DNA of 64,000 nt from Octopus vulgaris (taxonomy: Eukaryota): the NCBI GenBank assembly GCA_951406725.2, contig OX597822.1, forward strand, positions 33,046,001 to 33,110,000, given 5' to 3'. The position numbers and the translations under genes were made by a program. Within the stretch, counting starts at the first letter, position 1. Each line of letters begins with the position of its first letter. The notes beneath the pieces were generated by a model. It searched no databases. It saw only the letters and a program-made list of their open reading frames with translations, and was not told where the DNA came from. Shown piece after piece: positions 25,885 through 40,249 of this stretch.

Positions 25885-26225
25885 TTCTCCTTCAAACAAG
25901 GTCAGCGTTTTACAGTGGAAAACACCTTCACATGTGCTTCGGAAAACCTAATATATGTATTAGCATGCTCAGAGTGTCAAGAGCAATAGAAAGGCCAAAC
26001 CAAAAACAGTCTACACCAAAGGATGACTCTACATAGATCCCAGATTAAAATTCGGGAATACACAAAAAATAGTATTTAGTGAGCTCATCGACATTTGCAC
26101 CACTAACGACCAACCTAACTTCAGAATTTTTCCTCTCCATGAATTATAGGGCGATGCAACCTATAATCAGCACATTAGTAGAGAGTAATATTCTATCGCA
26201 AAATATAAACCTCTTTTGAATGCTC
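25885..26225 (+). pseudogene. Degenerate PLE GIY-YIG endonuclease fragment (second family)
   Basis: FKQGQRFTVENTFTCASENLIYVLACSECQEQ*KGQT...RMTLHRSQI...IAKYKPLLN with stops; homologous to the 4259-4801 ORF. Confidence 0.8.
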
Positions 26226-26801
26226 CCACCACAAATGACACTATTATAAGGACCTTAGAAAATATCCACGCAAATATTAGAAACGATATATTCAGAACAG
26301 TCACTACCTATTTACTTATTCAGAACAATTCTAATCACTACCTCTATAACCACAACAATCACTTTTAGGTCACTTGACCATTTAAGAATACTTTACCAAC
26401 AGCCTACTAGTCATACCGCACCTGTCTTTTTCTTATTCTTTCTCTTTTTTTCCTACGCCTTTTACTTCTTCCTCTTCTTTATCTTCTTCTCACTGTCTCC
26501 TTCCTCGGTTACAGCTGCTTAAACAATCAAAATCCAGGAATCACATCCCTCTTATTAAATGTTTCTTCAGATCTTTACGCTACTGAGTCTTCACAAAAGT
26601 AAAAGAGAGAGAGAGAGAGAAGGACAATGTCCCACGTATCTGAAAGTTATGGAAATATTTTTTAAAAAGCATTTCATTTAATTTTTCCATAATTTAATTG
26701 TGTTTCATGCTTTACACCAAGTTGAAAAAGAAGCAAAGACTGAACCAGTACTAAAATGTTCATGATAACATTATTTTACCATTTTCTGCCTTATCCTGTT
26801 T

Positions 26802-26991
<190 letters not shown>

Positions 26992-27147
26992 TGTGTGTGT
27001 GAGTGTGTGTAGTTGAAAGTTACAGAAAAACAAACGAGGAAAACTGGTATATGAACAATGCAGGTGTTTTAGTTTGACGCTCGGAAAAGTGAGAAAGTCT
27101 TTTACGTTTCGAGCCCACTCTCTCCAAAGAAAGTAATAAGAGAAAAG

Positions 27148-27193
<46 letters not shown>

Positions 27194-27324
27194 ATAGTAA
27201 AAAATTTGTGGATTTATTGATCAAGCATGGCAACTGGTTTGGAAAAGGACGATTTGACAGGAAAGGTAGAAAGAAGGGGAGATAATAAAGTGATGGTGAT
27301 CCCAAAACGAAGGTGCGCGTTGGG

Positions 27325-27958
27325 CCCAACTAACAGGTTGGCATAGCTGGGACCCGTTCTTGTTACCATGGCCACTCCCGAGACATATTGGTAAAACTCT
27401 TCCAAGAACAAGAAGCAGTTGAGAGAGAGAACAAGTTCGGTCAGACGAAGAAGTGTGGAGGTGTCAGGTTGGGGGTTGGATCGACGGTCTGAGAAGTGTT
27501 TGAGCGCAAGAAGTCATTCGTAGTGTGGGATCACCGTATATCGATTATTGATATCAAAAGTGAAAAGAAGTTTAGAGGGGCCAGAAGACAAGGGGAGAGA
27601 GTTGAATAGACGGAGAGCATGGTTAGTGTCATAGATGTGGAAGAGGAGGCAAGCTACTAGGAGCGAAAGGACACGGTTAAGATATTTTGAGATCAATTCC
27701 ATGGAGTAGTTACAGGCGGAGATGAAGGGGCGGCCGGGATTGTTGGGCTTGTGGATTTGGGGAAGGAAGTAAATGGTGGAGTTGCGTGGAGTGTGGACAA
27801 AGAGGTTGGAGGCGGTGAGAGGGAAATGGGAGGAGGAGATACGTTCCTGACTAGTGGAGGGCAAGAGAAGGAGGTGTCTTGAAGTTGGCGGACAGCTTCT
27901 GCCTTGTAGAAGTCTGCGCGCCACACCACCACGGATCCACCCTTGTCAGCCGGTTTTA
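27325..27958 (-). pseudogene. PLE reverse transcriptase fragment (frameshifted)
   Basis: KPADKGGSVVVW, IYFLPQIHKPNNPGRPFIS, LFTFDINNRYTVIPH, FYQYVSGVAMVTRTGPSYANLLVG. Confidence 0.88.
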
Positions 27959-28141
27959 TATATATCTACACATATGTATACATGTATGTGTGTGTGTATA
28001 TATATATATATGTATATATATATATGTATATATATATATGTATATACCAAATACCAAAATCCGATGGGACCATAGCCTTTCAGGAAGAAATAGGAAATCC
28101 GTTGAATCCGCTCTGTTCTGTTTTTTTTCAACGGATTTCTA

Positions 28142-28182
<41 letters not shown>

Positions 28183-28224
28183 TCGTATAGAAATATATTT
28201 ATATATATATATATATATATATAA

Positions 28225-28545
28225 TAAATAAAATTAGGGTAATAAGAATTATAGGAATTTTTACTACCAGTGCTCTAGCGCTAAAAAATTATTCAATAGC
28301 TTATATATTATTCATATAAATTATCGTGTACATTAAAACACATTAAGAGGCTTCCATCATAGGAAAGCTTTGCGCTAGAAAGAACAGTTAAAGTTCAAGC
28401 CACTAATTAGGGTTAAAGTCTCGAAGGGAGTGAAAAATTAAAACATTCACCATCTAATTTAATTCCCGGACCATGGTTTCTGACTTATTCCATTAAAATA
28501 AGATTTACTAAGGCCGTCTTCCTCGCCGGGTAGACTTAGATTTAA
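28225..28545 (-). mobile_element. pLTR-like remnant with degenerate HHR (28465-28530)
   Basis: Minus strand: cccg GCGAGGA...GAAA C-CATG-G TC cggg. Related terminus at 55270-55390; abuts (TA)n. Confidence 0.55.
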
Positions 28546-28788
28546 ATATACACACAACGAAATCGAGTCAGCATGTAAACTCATTGTTTGCATATGTTTG
28601 TGTATGTATATCACATGCTAACATTACATAAACGAGAGGAAACATTGGATAAGAGGAAAAAATACACACGCACACACACGAATATATTCCTTATAAAACA
28701 AAATTTTGTTTTTCTCACCCATTCCTTATAAAAGAGCTTTCTATTTTTCTCACACGCCTTTCTTATCTTTTATATTTTTCTCCTACCC

Positions 28789-28847
<59 letters not shown>

Positions 28848-29178
28848 ATGATCTGATGACCCGGAAATTGTTGTTCTTCCATTACTTTCGCAAAACAGCA
28901 GTGACTTTCCTCAAGTGAATACATGTCATTGATTGGTTTAAATTACCCACATATGACATCTTTAACACGAAATAACTTCTAAAATACAAACTTTTGTGAA
29001 AAATAAACGTTAGGAATAAACCGTGTTCTTCGTGAGACATTCAACTAGAATCAGAAGTTTCAAACTGTTTAGTTAAAAACAATTAATTAAAAAATCTGAC
29101 TGAGACTGAAAAAATCCATATATATACATATATAGGGGGAAACGCAGATATGGATAGTTACATGGATAGATGTGTGTG

Positions 29179-29229
<51 letters not shown>

Positions 29230-29302
29230 AACAGTATAGATATATATGGAGAGAGATACATAAATACACACATATGTACATATGTATATGTGTATATATA
29301 TC

Positions 29303-29334
<32 letters not shown>

Positions 29335-29374
29335 TATGTACATATGTATCCCTTTATATATATATTTACACAAT

Positions 29375-29415
<41 letters not shown>

Positions 29416-29544
29416 CATGCACATATGTACGTATGTATCTTTTTGCGTGTATACATGTGCATCTATGCAGATAAGTGTATCTTTGTGTACACATGCATAT
29501 ATGCTCACGCACCCACATAAATACAAACATACACACTGACACAC

Positions 29545-29599
<55 letters not shown>

Positions 29600-29765
29600 T
29601 GTGATATGTGTGTTTTTGAGTGCGTAGACAACCATGTATATGTATATATATAGACAGAAGGTAAGAGAAAACAAGGTGATTACAAACATTTATGAACATA
29701 AATACTCGATATATATATAGAGAGACACATAAGCGGGCGCGTGCGTGAATGTGTGTTTGTACACA

Positions 29766-29805
<40 letters not shown>

Positions 29806-30430
29806 CACACATATATACACACATACAATCCGATCATGCATTTACAGCTGCTTACGTAAATTCATTATTGCTTTATTTTATCTTTATATTTTGGTCTTTG
29901 ACTGTTTTATTATTTTTTTTTTTTCAGACCAAAATAATTCATTCTTTGATATAAGTCATTTTTACACTTGTGCCAATATCTGAATATGGAGGAAATACAT
30001 ATTCCACAGACACGGATGAGTTGCATCAGCTTTAGTAAATGAATCATTTCGGAAAGTAATGCATTCTCTTTGGAAACCATTGGGATTGAATCCAAATGAT
30101 TATACGAACGTGCCATAATATTTCGCAGACTTTTCATTCGCTTATGCCATTACACTATATCCTTCTGACTCAATATTCCATAATGCATATTAACGAGTTC
30201 CTATTTCGCATATGCTATTATTTCTCTCTCACTGCCATATCTACTTCCCTTCATGTGCTTGTAAATGTATGTACGCATATATATATATATGTGGGTGTGT
30301 GTGTGCGTGTGTGTGTGGGCGTGTGTGTGTGTGTGTGTCTATAAATATGTATATTTATGTATTTATGTATGTATATCAATATATATATATATGTATACAT
30401 ATATATGTACACGCACACACACACACACGC

Positions 30431-30489
<59 letters not shown>

Positions 30490-30512
30490 CAGAGAGAGAT
30501 ACAGGGAGACAG

Positions 30513-30571
<59 letters not shown>

Positions 30572-30859
30572 TATGCATACATATTCATATGTGTGTCTTG
30601 CCTGTGGTATATTTATAGAATATTACATTGACCAGAAATTCGCAAAATAAATGAATGATGAAATAATTTTTTTTCTGAAATATGGAATAAACATTAACAA
30701 ATGGAGTTTATTATATTTCATTCGAGGCTTTGAAGTGTTAAATAATGAATAAAAAAAAGACAGAAAGAGAAAAACTAAGGCTGAACTTTCATCCGGTCAC
30801 GTTCGTTTTATTACTCTTTGGATTTTGTTTATCTTTCTTCGTCCTACGCGGCGTTAATG

Positions 30860-30996
30860 TTATCGTCGTTGTCGTTGTATTGTTGTCGTCATCATCATCA
30901 TCATTCTTTATCACCATCATCGCCAGCAGAAGCATCGTCATTAATATTATCATCATTGTCGGCATCACCATCGATTACCATTATATCGATTTTTAT

Positions 30997-31052
<56 letters not shown>

Positions 31053-31140
31053 CATCATCATCATCATCAGCTTCTCCATCATAATCGTCGTCGTTGTCAG
31101 TACCACTACCACAAACACCACCACCAATATCATCATCAGC
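30860..31140. repeat. (ATC)n-rich low-complexity tract
   Basis: Directly visible. Confidence 0.9.
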
Positions 31141-31428
31141 TGGCTCTTTGGGCCCCGGGAGTAGCGACTGCTGCAAGGTCAATGATGCTAAACTATATCG
31201 GTTGAAGTCGGCAGTCCTTTCCTTATAATAATCATTGGTTCTGTCTGGCAGGAGTCTTGCAATTATGAGCAACTGATTGTCTTCCTCATAAAATCATATC
31301 GCGGGCCACATGTGAATATTTACTTACTCATCCATGCATGCATATGTACATTCATACACACACATACACACACACAAACGCACATATATTTGTGTGTATG
31401 TGTGTGTTTCTGTCTGTCTGTGTCAGTG

Positions 31429-32294
31429 TATCAGATCATCCCATAAGTTCTGTCCGAATTTACCTTTTTTAAAATTGAATGTAACTTAATAGCATTTTAT
31501 AATGTCTAATGGAATTAAAAATTATTTTTATGCATTTGTATATATTTAAACTAATTAGATATTATTTTACAGAATAATAGAATTAAAGTTTCTTTAATTA
31601 AAACCCTTTCTAACATGGAAGTGTCCAAAGAACATTTGAGGCACATAATGCTTTATGATTACAAAAAGGAAACTCTGCAGCCGAAGCGACTCGAAACATA
31701 CACTGAGTTTATGGGAAAGAATGCTTGAATGAAAGAACTTTCAGAAGATGGTTTGCAAAATTCAGAAGTGGAGATTTCAGCCTTGAAGATGAAGATCGAA
31801 CAGGATGTCTAGTTACGTTTGATGAGAAGCTCCTTGAGGCATTACTTGAAGAAAATCCTGAATTATCAGTTGAAAAGTTGGCAATAAGGCTTAGTTCAAA
31901 TCACACAACTGTTCATTGTCATCTTCAACAACTTAGAAAGGTTCCTAAACTTGGAAAAGGGGTGTCTCATGGATTCTCCGAAAGCAACCGCAAATCCCGA
32001 GTTGACTTCTGCTCTTCACTTATTTCATCCTTTTTAGATAGAGTTGTGACTCGTGACGAAAAATGGATCTTCTATCGAAATGCTAAACGTCTTAAACAGT
32101 GGTTTGGTAAAAGGTAAAAAGCTAAACCAGAACGGAGATTGGAACTTCATGGAAAAAGTGTTCTTCTATCTGGTGATATTGCAAAGGAGTAATTCACTTT
32201 GAAATGTTACCACCTAATGCAACAATCAATACGCAAGTCTACTGTCAGTAATTAGAGCGTTTGAACCAAGCTTTGAAAAAAAAACCCGCTTTTG
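31429..32294 (+). mobile_element. Mariner transposon, 3'-truncated pseudogene
   Basis: TIR-like tatcagatcatcccataagttctgtccg. MEVSKEHLRHIML, RRWFAKFRSGDFSLED, VTRDEKWIFY, GVIHFEML...TIN..VYC; frameshifts. Confidence 0.88.
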
Positions 32295-33659
32295 TGTATA
32301 ACGGAAGGCAAGGTTTACGATATCGGGAGAATATCGCCTTCTCCCATTATATCTTGTTCTTCATGTATTTCAGGGTCCGGCAGGCGAAGAAAGAAATCTT
32401 TAAGTGCAAATGCAATTTACAACCGGTTTATTTACAAGTTTCACAGACCAGGTGGAGTGCGTGGCTTTCAGCAACCATCTCGAGCTGTGTGCGTGGTATT
32501 GTATCTCCATTAGCGCGGGCGCATTGCCTCTGAGGGTACAGCATGCAACAGGCCCAGTCAGTGAAGTGTGTTCAGCAAGAGCTGCTGCGAAGAAGCGGAA
32601 ATGAATGAATCTGTTTCTGTTTTGCTCTTATATCCAGTTTGCCATAGCGAGCCTCGTTGTGATCTCGCGCATGGCAAGTGGATGCAGATGAGGTCTCTCT
32701 CCAGTCTCAGAGATGGCAATGGCTGCCGCGAGACCTCATCCAATATGGCGCTGACTGCTTGTGCTGCTACAAGGGCTCCCCCTGTGTGCGACAGTGAGAA
32801 AACAATAATTGAAGCAGGCACAAGAAAGAGCAAAAATGGTATACTATCTGTAGTATACAGGGCAAAGATGGTATACTATCCATATACCACCCGTATAGCG
32901 AAAGACATTTAGTATGATAAAATTTAGTTCACCATTGAAAATTCTTATTTAACGACAGTTGTTCCGCAGTTTAATGAAACGTATATAAATATCTTATTTC
33001 TTTCTATATTATGATATACATTGCTTGTTACTCCTTCACATGTCTTCGTCTTTTGTTTTCTGTAAGTTTGAACTGTATGCGTGTGTGTATGTGTGTGTTT
33101 GCGCTTGGACACATTTGCGCACATGTGTACATTATTTTGCATATCAAATAAATCTCATTTTATGAAACAGGGAATGTTTTGTTCCTACATCTTATTGAAC
33201 AGAAAGGAATTTAACTACATAGAAGATGGGAATTCGGATAGCACCAATAGCCTTTACAATCCAACACTATCTCTTCAGTCTGAATCACTGGATACATACT
33301 CCATTATTTTTATGCTTGTATGGAATATGAAGGCCGAGATGAATTTTAGATTGGTATTCTTTAGTACAAAAATGATTAAACAATTATATTTAACATGGAA
33401 TTTTATGGGTGAGATACGGGGTCGGAGGTCATGTAGAATTTGATGAGAATGTTACATTGATTGCTAGTTCTGATGAATATAACCCACTGAGGTAAAAACA
33501 TAAGATGTAGACATAGAAGGGTACACAATTGGATGACGATCCAAAATCTAAAATTATGCTCACGTAGCAACCCCTCTGGCACATATATGAAATCAATTCT
33601 GATATTTATGCCTTTGGAAGGAGTAAGAACCTCAGATCGTAAATATGGACGAAATACAT

Positions 33660-33884
33660 ATTTCTTTACCACCCACAAGGGGCCAAACACAGAGAGGACA
33701 AACAAGGATAGATTAATTCGATTATATCGACTCCACTGCGTAACTGGTACTCATTTAATCGACCCCGAAAGGATGAAAGGCAAAGTCGACCTCGGCGGAA
33801 TTTGAACTCAGGACGTAACGGTAAACGAAATACTTACTGAGCATTTCGCCCAACGTGCAAACGTTTCAGCCAGCTCGCCACCTT
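33660..33884 (-). mobile_element. Meta-domain-type SINE
   Basis: Full head, domain and tail A. Confidence 0.85.
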
Positions 33885-34069
33885 TGTTCTGCCTATGTTA
33901 TTGATGTATTATTGACCTTCACTAAAAACACGGTTCAAAATAAAATGTAACAGTGCAGGTAAATTTTGGAGAATACCTGCTACGTTGGAATCGTGGTAAA
34001 AGTTAACTGTTTATTAAATTTTTCATATATGATTTAAAATATGTGCATATAAGAAAAAAAATGTTATCA

Positions 34070-34422
34070 TAGGCGTAGGAGTGGCTGTGTGGTAAGTAGC
34101 TTGCTTACCAACCATATGGTTCCGGCTTCAGTCACACTGCATGGAACCTTGGGCAAATGTCTTCTACTATAGCCTCCAGCCGACCAAAGCCTTGTGAGTA
34201 GATTTGGTAGACGGAAATTGAAAGAAGCCCGTCGTATATATGCATATATATATATGTGTGTGTGTGTATGTGTGTGTATATGTAACTTAGCGGTTCGGCA
34301 AAAGAGACCGATAGAATTACAAAGAATAAGTCCTGGGGTCGATTTGCTCGACTAAAGGCAGTGCTCCAGCATGGCCACAGTCAAATGACTGAAACAAGTG
34401 AAGAGTAAAAGAGTAAAGAGTA
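34070..34422 (+). mobile_element. CORE-type SINE
   Basis: Homologous to 18505 with an internal deletion. Confidence 0.88.
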
Positions 34423-34579
34423 AATTCATTAATACTGTTAAGAAAGTTAATGGATTCATGCCCAGTCTGAATTCATCATAATCACGATCTTGGGCAACTA
34501 ATTTTCGAAAAGATAACAACTCCTAAATTTTAATTATATTTATCTCTAAATCTAAGTGAAGTTTTGGTGTACGTATAGA

Positions 34580-35125
34580 TATCGGGTTGTCTGGAAAGTT
34601 CATGCCGATTTATAGTAGCTTACCATTCGACTTATTTTAGAACATGGTTGAGTCCATAAAATAGGATTTGACTACACCTCCATTTAGAGCACAGTTTAAT
34701 CTATCTTTTCATGGAAGGAGATTTATGTATTAATTATGTAACCCTTTAAAATAGAAGATAAGAAAGTTCATTTTCGGCACATGATGCTTTGGGAACCAGA
34801 CAAAAATTGCTGCACCTCGGCTGGGATGTGTTACTCCACCCTGCATATTCACCAGATATTGCTCTTTTGGATTTCCACTTATTCAGGTCTCTGCAGAATA
34901 GACTTAATGGTAAAAGTTTCAATTCCTTGGATGACGTAAAAAGATACCTTGATGAATTCTTTGCCATGAAACCACCTCAGTTCTGGGAAGAGGGTATTTT
35001 CACATTAAACGAAAGATGGAGACGCATTGTGCAACAAAATGGTTCATATTTGGTTCATCAAAAATGTATTTATTGACCTTTTTCTCTCCTTTAAAAATCG
35101 GCACGAACTTTCGGACAACCCAATA
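34580..35125 (+). mobile_element. Internally deleted mariner with both TIRs
   Basis: TIRs tcgggttgtctggaaagttcatgccgattt / aaatcggcacgaactttcggacaacccaa; TA flanks. N-terminal EDKKVHFRHMML fused to C-terminal HPAYSPDIA..DFHLF. Confidence 0.9.
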
Positions 35126-35869
35126 TTTTCGAATAAGAATAGTTTTGCCACCCAGAAACTGTGCACAAGTCACTCTACTGTGATATTATTTTGTTTATTC
35201 ATTTCTCAAGTTCAGAACTTAATTGTCACTAACATGGGAATTATAGTGCAAATGTGATAACGGTGTCTAGATGTTCCACAAGATTCTGAAAATGATGCGC
35301 CTCGCTTCTGAAACACAAGATATTACTTCCAATCTTTTAAGATACAAATATTACTTCAAATCTTTTGTACAGTACAGTATGCGTATGCACCTGCTTTTTA
35401 AATATTCGAGTTGCAAATACATCACCTCGGAGAATATCACAAGTCTCCACTCAGCACACTGTACATTTCATGAAATTCATTCTTGTACATTCAGCAATAA
35501 ACAACAAACACGTCGTCACTTATCAGATGAAGAAGATTACGTATTGCAAAACCAAATATTTTAAACTTCAATGTAAACCAACTTCATTCAGTTACATATC
35601 TATGAAGTAATATATAAATACTGTATGAAGGTGGTTTTTAGTTGTTGACGTAAGCTCAAAAATGAATACAGCATAGTAAATATGAAAGATTCATATCTGA
35701 AGCACAAGTGACAAGTTTAGATTAGTAAATGAAACGGATGATCAAAAATAATTACAAATTATATGATATAAAATTTGATATGAAACCTTGGCTTGAGCTG
35801 TCACTTCTACAATTTTCTAGTTTAGGTTATAAATGTATTGTAATTTATATAAGATTTGTCGCTGTTGTT

Positions 35870-36310
35870 TAACCTGAGATGATTCTTGATCGACGAAGTG
35901 TCCAATTTCTGATCATGCTTTTGTTCAGATCAGATGACTTATCTCCTCTTACACCCTTTTCTACGGCCATTACAATTGCCTTTGTTCCTTGGTGTTGGAT
36001 GTTTTCGCTACACCTCTACTTAAGCACTTCAGACGTACTCGTCCTCTCACCCAAATTTTCCTCATCCCTTCATCAATAATGTTGTGCCTAACCCCCTCAT
36101 CCTTACATTAAAAACTACGCCCCAAGTCCTTCATTCGCGAAATGTGGATCGTCTGCACTTCCCTGCAGGTCCTTGTATTTTCTGCAGCTGATGAAGCAAC
36201 AGTTGTTAAGCAGAACCTCAACAGCACCATTCTCATTCATCTGGCAGGGGTTGCAAAGACCATGACTACTGCCTTTTGCTCCAGATCTGCAAGTAGTAAA
36301 AACAGTCTAG
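35870..36310 (-). pseudogene. Possible highly decayed RTE-like LINE RT fragment
   Basis: Scattered peptide resemblance only (DLQ..D, ERTSTSEVLK); GC higher than flanks. Confidence 0.3.
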
Positions 36311-37809
36311 AACAGAAAGGACACAATTTTTAAAAAGAGGTGTCAATTGCAGAATATATGAATATTATTTCTATGAGTTAAATTGATAATTTAGATGATC
36401 TACGTTACTGCTGCTAGTGTGATGTCCCATATTTACTTTCAATCAGCTAAATTATTTCCAAGTATAATCCAGTACTAACAACCCTTCCGATATTATTTGC
36501 TCTTTTCAGGCATAAAACATCTGTTACTATATTATTTGATGTGTCCACCCTTTTGTAAAACAGTAGTATCTACAAACTAGGCAAAGATTTTATCGATATG
36601 TGGTCGCTGAATCCACCTCAGCCTGCTTGAGCAGGTATTTAACAGCTTTGAACAGATCATACTAGTTTTGGATGACTGGGCATATCCAATGTGCCCTTTC
36701 TTGCGGCAGTAGGATATGATTTGAGGAAGATTTGGATACGATTTCTAACAATTTTCCGAACTTTGTAGAGGGTCTCTCAATAGTGCGTTTTTCTGAAGAA
36801 TATATGATGGGTTACTTTTGATCGAAGTTTTATTATATGATCAGTCAAAAACTTAAAAATTGCTTCATGAGCCGTTTACAACACAGATAACTTAGTATAT
36901 TCTGAAACAGGTTACCTTACCGGATAACTTCTAATAACATTTGCCAGCTAATAACTTTGATTAAGAAAATATATATTTCTTTTGACTGGGCAGAAGGCCA
37001 AATCTTTTCAGACGAAGCCGATTGAGTCAATTATGGTACATTAGTATTGGTTATTTTAAAGACCACCGAGAAATACAAATCAAAGTTGTCTAACGCAGAA
37101 GTTCTACTCAGAAAGTACAATTACGAAACAAAACAATTTATGAATAGTAAGACTTAACACATTTGATATGGCAGAAAACAAGATAAAATTAAATAAACAA
37201 AGCTAAACTCGTATAAGAGAGAAAGGAACACATATCAACGATTTAGTCGACCAAAGGCAAGTGTGACAAACCGAAATCGAAATCGAAAGAATGCGATAAC
37301 ACAGCAACACCCTATTAATTGACATTTTAAATAGACAGACATATCGGTAAGGAAATATAAAATGATCTTTCATAAGCTTAGCGACAATGTATTTCGATCT
37401 TATTCTGCTGGGCTCCCTTCAAGACCGAATCATTATTATGATAAATGCCGTTATGAATTTATATATTTCAGATTTGTCATATATTTCTTGGTTACAGCAA
37501 ATGAACGTTAGTAAGGGAACGACAAAATATCGTCAACAGGCAATTTGTCCCTGTGCTACGCAAGAGTGAGAAGGAAAGCGGGAAGCTTGGACAGATTAAC
37601 ACGAAATTGAAAACACATCTTAAAGAGGAAGATGTCAGAGACATTTCAAAATGAAAGGGCACTGCAAAACTCATAGGTTTATGGAGAGCAGATATTAGCG
37701 CATAAGATCACAACTCATTGAAGAAGAAACTAATGAAGCAAATTTTAAACCAAATAATGAAAATATTATTTTTTAATTATGTTATGCAAATTCTGTTAAC
37801 ATATTTTAT

Positions 37810-38822
37810 CTTTTAATTGTTTCAGTCATTAGAGTGCGGCCATTCTGGGGCACTACCTTGAGGAATTTTAATCGAATTAATCAACTCCAGAACTATTTTT
37901 ATAAAATCTTAGTCTATAGGCTGCTTGTGCCAAACCGCGACGTTACGGGGACGTTAACATACCAACAACGGTTGTTAAGAGATGGTGAGGGAGAAACACA
38001 AGCACAAGACACATGTGAATATAGACATAGATATATACGACGGGAATCTTTCAGTTTCCTTATTTTTTTATGGCCTACAAGGGGCTGAACATAGAGGGGA
38101 CAAACAAGGACAGACAAAGAGATTAAGTCGATTACATCGACCCCAGTTTGTAATTGGCACTTAATTTATCGACCCCGAAAGGATGACAGGTAAAGTCGAC
38201 CTCGACGGAAATTGAACTCAGAACGTAACGGCAGACGAAATACCTTTCTCTTTATTACCCACAAGGAGCTAAACATAGAGGGGACAAACAAGGACAGACA
38301 AAGGGATTACGTCGATTACATCGACTCCAGTGCGTAACTGGTACTTAATTTATCGAACCTGAAAGGATGAAAGGCAAAGTCGACCTCGGCGAAAATTGAA
38401 CTCAGAACGTAACGGCAGACGAAATACCTATTTCTTTATTACCCACAAGGGGCTAAACATAGAGGGGACAAACAAGGAGAGACATAGGTATTAAGTCGAT
38501 TACATCGACCCCAGTGCGTAAATGGTACTTAATTTATCGACCCCGAAAGGATGAAAGGCCAAGTCGACCTCGGTGGAATTTGAACTCAGAACGTAACGGC
38601 AGACGAAATACCGCTAAGCATTTCGCCCGGCGTGCTAACGATTCTGCCAGCTCGCCGCCTTGCTGAAAGACGGAATCTTTCAGTTTCCGTCTTCCAAATC
38701 CACGCACAAGTCTTTGATCGGACTGAGGCTATAGTAGATGACACTCTCCCAAAGTGGTACACTATGGGACAGAACCCGGAATCATGAGGCCGGGCAGCAA
38801 ACTTCGTAACACAGCTACTACT
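37810..38822 (-). mobile_element. CORE-type SINE containing a Meta-SINE trimer (38062-38661)
   Basis: ~20-bp TSD gacgg(g)aatctttcagtttcc at 38039 and 38669 flanks three ~182-bp units. Confidence 0.88.
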
Positions 38823-38991
38823 GTATTTGACAATAAATGTAATTGTCGATTATGTATTCACTTAGTTTTATTATTTTCAACACATTTCGGTCAGATAAAC
38901 GTATTTGCAGTCAGCATTGACAAGAGGATATTAGTCGATTAAATACATTAGCAATAACAAATACTGTAATAAGTCAATTAGATTTCAAATG

Positions 38992-39274
38992 TGAGGGCGT
39001 GTGGCTTAGTGGTTAGGGCATTCGGCTCATGATCGTAAGGTTGTGACACTTTATTTCACGTTGCTCCAGTCCACTCAGCTGGCAAAAATGAGTTGTACTT
39101 GTATTTCAAAGGGTCAGCCTTGTCACTCTCTGTGTCACGCTGATTATCCCCGAGGACTACGTTAAGGGTACACGTGTCTGTGGAATGCTCAGCCATTTGC
39201 ACGTTAATTTCACGAGCAAGCTGTTCCGTTGATCGTATCAGCTGGGACCCTCGTAACCGGCGGAGTCTTTTTTA
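38992..39274 (+). mobile_element. tRNA-derived SINE (modular group)
   Basis: TSD agatttcaaatg at 38980 and 39275; tail shared with the 58533 copy. Confidence 0.85.
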
Positions 39275-39693
39275 AGATTTCAAATGAACATGTTTACACT
39301 GATTGGATGTTGCTCTCGTAGTAGTCTCTCCCTCACTCTCCCTGTCTCTCTCTCTCTTTCTCTCTCTCTCACACACACACACATACACACACACATGCAC
39401 ACACAATTCACCATACGCTTATTCAGACATATCCCCAGACATTGTCACGATTAATTTGAGAATCGTTGACAAGTGTAACTCAAACAGCCCATAACAAATG
39501 AAAAATCTCTCTTTTAAGTCACATCTCTGAACATTTGCTGTACAGCTAATTCAATCTGAGATATAGACTACGTAGAATCTTATGCTTAAATTCTATACAT
39601 ATTACAATCTGTACTTGTGAATTTTCTTATAGTAGATATACCGATTACAAACACAGCAGTCTATATAGTTTTCAATGCATTGATACTTGAAAG

Positions 39694-39999
39694 GTGCGCG
39701 GCTTAGTGGCGATCGTAGGGTCGCGAGTTCGATTCCTGGTGCCGCGTTGTGTCCTTGAGCAAGACACTTTATTTCATGTTGCTCCAGTCCACTCAGCTGG
39801 CAAAAATGAGTAGTACCTGTATTTCAAGGGCCCAAGCTTGTCATACTCAGTGTCACGCTGAATCTCCCAGAGAAATATGTAAAAAGGAGAATGAATGTCT
39901 ATGGAGTGCTCAGCCAGTTGCACGTTAATCTCACGAGCAAGCTGTTCCAATGATCGTTTCAGCTGGGACACTCGTCGTCATAACCGACGGAGTGCTTCC
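39694..39999 (+). mobile_element. tRNA-derived SINE (modular group)
   Basis: B box gttcgattcc; TSD tgatactt(g/c)aaag. Confidence 0.85.
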
Positions 40000-40249
40000 T
40001 GATACTTCAAAGATATTTATTTTTGATATTTTGCAGAAAATAAGTTGATAAAGATTACATATTTCTTTATAATTTACAGAATATACGTCAATGCGAATTA
40101 TAAATCTCGTTGGTGCTAAATTATTGAAATTGTATATAATGAAATTGTAGATAAGGAACATTTTGTCCTAAAAGAAAAACAGAAAGCGTTGTTGTTTTAA
40201 ATAAAATGTTTCAATGTTTTAAAGAAATACGTTTATGACATACCTGGTG

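Noticed and set aside
28091-28142. Small hairpin gaaatccgttgaa/ttcaacggatttc between (TA)n tracts
   Set aside because: Probably another tiny fold-back remnant, but too short to assign and contains no HHR core.
30745-31272. Poly-I/S/D ORFs
   Set aside because: (ATC)n tract, probably a retroelement tail; no domain signal.
35240-35310. Possible minus-strand host exon (tttcag acceptor; SEAHHFQNLVEHLDTVITFAL*)
   Set aside because: Weak polypyrimidine tract, no partner exon or recognisable homology.
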